Shown one piece after another: positions 60,887 to 64,000 of a stretch of DNA of 64,000 nt. The stretch is from positions 5,899 through 69,898 of the forward strand of contig JANQLS010000062.1 of assembly GCA_028280485.1 (NCBI GenBank), given 5' to 3'. The notes under the pieces are model-generated. The model searched no databases. It worked only from the letters and a program-made list of their open reading frames with translations, and was not told where the DNA came from. Source of the stretch: Planctomycetota bacterium (lineage in GTDB: Bacteria > Planctomycetota > UBA8108 > JACQVS01). Position 1 is the stretch's first letter; each line of letters opens with the position of its first letter. Made by a program: the position numbers and the translations under genes.

Positions 60887-61711
60887 TTATAACTCACTTT
60901 TATTTTCTGGTTCTTCCTCATCGAGCACTAAGACTCGGGGAATCATGCTTTTCAAGAATGAGTCTTTGTTTTTATCTCTTAAGAGCCGGAATTGGAATTC
61001 ATTTCTTAAGGCTCGATTCATTCGATTCCGATAAAACCTTCGCGAGCCTAAAAGCGTCAGGGCTTCGAGTTCGGGGATCCCTCCAGCCACCAATTTCAGA
61101 AAAGCTTCTTTCTTCTTGTCCATTAGAGTTTGAAGCTGAAGAAGCTTCGTCGTCTTCTGGCTAGGGCTGATGTTGACGAAATCCGCTTCCAAGATTTTAA
61201 CTCCCCACATGGAGCACATTTCTTGCATTGTTGTGAGCAAGCGGTTGCCCAATTCTTCTCGATCGTTTAGCTCTTCTCGATTGAGAGTTACCATCACTTT
61301 TTGGATCGAGATCGTCAAGGCGTTCTTCATACCTTCGGTCAAGTCATCGATTTGGATCAAAGCCAGCTGGACATCCTCAATACGGTAAACAAGACTCACA
61401 TCCAATTGATAAACGAGCCCATCCCTCGTCACAATTTTTTGCTTCTCTAAGTCTAAAGTTTTTGAGCGAATGGTGACTAAGCGAATCTTCTGAACGAAGG
61501 GGATCATGAAATGAAATCCAGGCTCAACCACTTTCCGAACTCTACCGAAGCTGTACTTCAATCCCCTCTGATCTTCATCTACAGTCTTAGAAATGGCGAA
61601 GATGGTGGCGGCTACGAGGAAATACAGACCATACTTCAGACTGTCTTTGTACTCATCAAAGAGTTTGAGGATGAATTCCCAAATCCAATCGATTATGAGC
61701 AAGAAATCCAT
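60887..61711 (-). CDS. SPFH/band-7 domain protein (stomatin/HflC-like), second of a tandem pair
   Basis: N-terminal TM then SPFH core (GLKYSFGRVRKVVEPGFHFMIPFVQKIRLVTIRSKTLDLEKQKIVTRDGLVYQLDVSLVYRI). Confidence 0.7.
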   Translation of the reverse strand: MDFLLIIDWIWEFILKLFDEYKDSLKYGLYFLVAATIFAISKTVDEDQRGLKYSFGRVRKVVEPGFHFMIPFVQKIRLVTIRSKTLDLEKQKIVTRDGLVYQLDVSLVYRIEDVQLALIQIDDLTEGMKNALTISIQKVMVTLNREELNDREELGNRLLTTMQEMCSMWGVKILEADFVNISPSQKTTKLLQLQTLMDKKKEAFLKLVAGGIPELEALTLLGSRRFYRNRMNRALRNEFQFRLLRDKNKDSFLKSMIPRVLVLDEEEPENKSEL

Positions 61712-61716
61712 GGTGA

Positions 61717-62496
61717 TTATTTCTTCTTATCTTCAGATCCAGGCAAATCATCCATGGGGTCATCGAACTCATCTTCGAAGGACTCATCGAGATCTTCGAC
61801 CATCTCATCGAGTGCATCATCAAGCGTTCCTTCTCCGTCCTCGTTCTTTTTAGATTTCACCATTCGACGAGGATGACCCGCCATCGATTGAGGATGAGTG
61901 GCGACCACGGCTCCGGTTAACAGGACGATTGCAGAATCTTCAGAGAGGCCCTCTTCTTTTAAGTGTTCATAGAGATGGAGGCGTTCCTTAGCCAAAAGAT
62001 CGAGCTGAGTGATCTCTAAACTGGCCGGAGTGGGGGAGAGGTTGGAGAAACCAAATTTTAAAATTCGAACTCCCCATTCCGTTTCGATAGACGTTAGTTC
62101 TTCGTGAATGAGTTCGACCATCTGATCCGTATCTTGAATCGTATCTCGATCCCTCGACCTAACGACCCGCTGAATCGACATCACCACGCGGTTCTGTAAT
62201 CCTGTTTCCAGATTATCGATTTCGATCTCAGCCTTTTTCAAATCGACGATTTGATAGAGCACCTTGGCCTCGACTTCGTAGATCAAGTCATCGGCGAGCT
62301 GAATCAATTGAGGTTCCAAGTCTAAGGTCGTGTGCTTCGTGTCCTTGACTCTGAATTTTTGAATGATCGGCCACTTGAAGTGAACTCCGGGCCCCACGAC
62401 ATCTCGAGCTCTTCCCAAGTGAAATTTTAAGGCGTGTTGACCGTCGTACACGACCACAAACATCCCCGTAAAAAACTGAAGTGTCTCTAAAAACAT
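61717..62496 (-). CDS. SPFH/band-7 domain protein, first of a tandem pair, with acidic C-terminal tail
   Basis: SPFH core (ALKFHLGRARDVVGPGVHFKWPIIQKFRVKDTKHTTLDLEPQLIQLADDLIYEVEAKVLYQI). C-terminus DDALDEMVEDLDESFEDEFDDPMDD. Confidence 0.7.
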   Translation of the reverse strand: MFLETLQFFTGMFVVVYDGQHALKFHLGRARDVVGPGVHFKWPIIQKFRVKDTKHTTLDLEPQLIQLADDLIYEVEAKVLYQIVDLKKAEIEIDNLETGLQNRVVMSIQRVVRSRDRDTIQDTDQMVELIHEELTSIETEWGVRILKFGFSNLSPTPASLEITQLDLLAKERLHLYEHLKEEGLSEDSAIVLLTGAVVATHPQSMAGHPRRMVKSKKNEDGEGTLDDALDEMVEDLDESFEDEFDDPMDDLPGSEDKKK

Positions 62497-62629
62497 TCAA
62501 GGTCCTTATGAAAAAGTAAATTGCGAGTGCATCAATTCAAGCAAAGTCACGACTCCATCTTGCATCAAAAAAATCCTGGTACTCAATAGAAAGTACCAGG
62601 ATTTGAAAGTTTCTTTCGAGATGCAAATC

Positions 62630-64000
62630 TCAGAATTTAAACTGAGCTTCGATACGCCCACCGTTGAGAGTATCGCGACTCTCTTGGGCTCCGACGAATC
62701 CATCGACGATCAAAAGCCAGTGGAAATTACCGTGATGGAAGGCCTTTTGATAGCGCACTCCGAAGGCAGCCGCTCCTGAGCCTCGAACATTTTTAGTTTG
62801 GTCGCGACCACCAAGCTCAAAGATCAATTGACTCTGTTTCTCTTTGTCTAAAAACCATTGGTAACCCAAAGCTGCGCCAACGGCGTTATCTGCATCATTA
62901 CCCAGGGGAGCCCCGTACCTTCCTAAGCCGACCGCAGCAAACAGGATTCCGGTCCGCCCTAGAGGTCCACCCACGGCGTCATCACGGGCGGCTGAGGAGT
63001 ACTCCTCGATGCCTAAGAAAGCGTTGAGATAAAGAATGTTATCCGTGTGGTGGGGCCAGTGGGGAGTGGTTGACACTTGAGCGAAGAACAACGTCCCGAA
63101 TTCGGTTTCATTCCGTTGAGCTCCAATCGGAGACGATAAGTTGATTCTGAAATCGGTATTGAACGCCCCGATGCGTTGAGTCCCTCCGATCCCGGCAAAG
63201 AATCCATCCGCTGTGATATCGCCTTCAGAGATCACGACAGCTGCATCTAAGGTCATCGTCGAAAAGGGGAAGTCGAATTCATTAAAAATACCGAAGAGAT
63301 GAGCCCGAGGATCTCGACTGTTTCTCGTCGGAACACCATTGACTCGCGTTCGTCGACCCACTTCGTTCCAGCCGTAAAATCCCATGATTCTCCAATTGGA
63401 AGCATCCCAGGGGAGGAGGGTGTTCTTAACGATTCCTAAACCATCGAGTCGATCGTTGATCATGATCCCTTCTTGAATCAAGAGGCCTTGTCGACCGATG
63501 CTAAAACCGATGTCGAGAATGTCAAAATCATCCGGATCCAAATTGGGAAAGATCTCACCGATATCCCCTTCGAAGAAAAGGTTACTCACTCGAAGGTTGA
63601 ACTCATCCTGGTAACCATCATCGGTACTGGGATGAAAGTTATACCCGGTGAATTGCCCATCTTTATCGAGGGGGCGAAATCCAAAGAGAATTCTTTCGGT
63701 CCCGGAGAGCTGTAAATTCCCGAATAGGTCCAATCGGTTCGCCCATTCGGAACGGGTCCCCAATCCATTGTCAAAGGATTGAAGTCCAGATCTTAGAGTT
63801 CCGAATGCAAGGAAACTAGGATGCCACACGGCTCCTGTAGGCAATTCGAAGCCCTCATAGTTTTCACCTCTTCCCAAAAACGGGTTTCCCAGTTCTAAGG
63901 TTAAGGGGCGTTCGAAAACGGCATCTTCCTGCATAGGAATGTAGGTATCCGGTACCCGACTCGCACCGTTCTCATCCTTAGCGTCTCCTTCCTTCTTCAC
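62630..64000 (-). CDS. Probable outer-membrane beta-barrel protein, N-terminus beyond window edge
   Basis: The ORF runs off the window edge. It is rich in alternating aromatic/Gly beta-strand patterns and ends in ...IEAQFKF (C-terminal Phe, OMP signature). Confidence 0.5.
   Translation of the reverse strand: MKKEGDAKDENGASRVPDTYIPMQEDAVFERPLTLELGNPFLGRGENYEGFELPTGAVWHPSFLAFGTLRSGLQSFDNGLGTRSEWANRLDLFGNLQLSGTERILFGFRPLDKDGQFTGYNFHPSTDDGYQDEFNLRVSNLFFEGDIGEIFPNLDPDDFDILDIGFSIGRQGLLIQEGIMINDRLDGLGIVKNTLLPWDASNWRIMGFYGWNEVGRRTRVNGVPTRNSRDPRAHLFGIFNEFDFPFSTMTLDAAVVISEGDITADGFFAGIGGTQRIGAFNTDFRINLSSPIGAQRNETEFGTLFFAQVSTTPHWPHHTDNILYLNAFLGIEEYSSAARDDAVGGPLGRTGILFAAVGLGRYGAPLGNDADNAVGAALGYQWFLDKEKQSQLIFELGGRDQTKNVRGSGAAAFGVRYQKAFHHGNFHWLLIVDGFVGAQESRDTLNGGRIEAQFKF

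Overview
The window looks like a 64-kb chromosomal segment from a Planctomycetota/PVC-type genome. Three features support that lineage: a Planctomycete cytochrome-C domain + WD40 protein; a 1560-aa protein joining an FG-GAP propeller, a PVC-type membrane-bound dehydrogenase domain, HEAT repeats and a CxxCH heme domain; and a prepilin-like protein. Most of the window is housekeeping. It opens with a partial LptF/G permease, followed by a divergent heme-biosynthesis cluster (hemA-hemC-hemD on the minus strand, hemE-hemL on the plus strand). Further along are a response regulator, an M42 peptidase, a TolB-like beta-propeller protein, pcm, a BioF-like aminotransferase, aat, an MFS-type transporter, metX, lpxA, a PduO-type cobalamin adenosyltransferase, pcnB and the AdoCbl-dependent RNR nrdJ. 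Next comes the classical alpha-2-macroglobulin (CVEQ thioester) + PbpC pair. The last third is a lower-GC stretch: two tandem paralogous HEAT-repeat membrane-anchored proteins, a beta-class (SPPY) DNA methyltransferase, tRNA-Arg(CCU), a vWA/4TM/TPR cluster and a tandem SPFH pair followed by a membrane protein (three genes on the minus strand). It ends with a partial outer-membrane beta-barrel. The most striking signal that the genes do not explain is a dispersed family of palindromic elements: six full copies plus two solo arms. Each has 24-29-bp conserved terminal inverted repeats (TTA(R)TAGCCCGRAGCG..AGCGASGGG) around an 8-120-bp central region that differs completely between copies. They fall into two subfamilies whose two arms co-vary, and they sit at gene 3' ends and between convergent genes. 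Other unexplained repeats are a 59-bp tandem array (about 3.5 units) overlapping the stop codon of the adenosyltransferase gene, and two double-hairpin 57-nt repeats between the HEAT paralogs. There is also a 2.7-kb gene-free region upstream of nrdJ. No integrase, transposase or CRISPR array was found.
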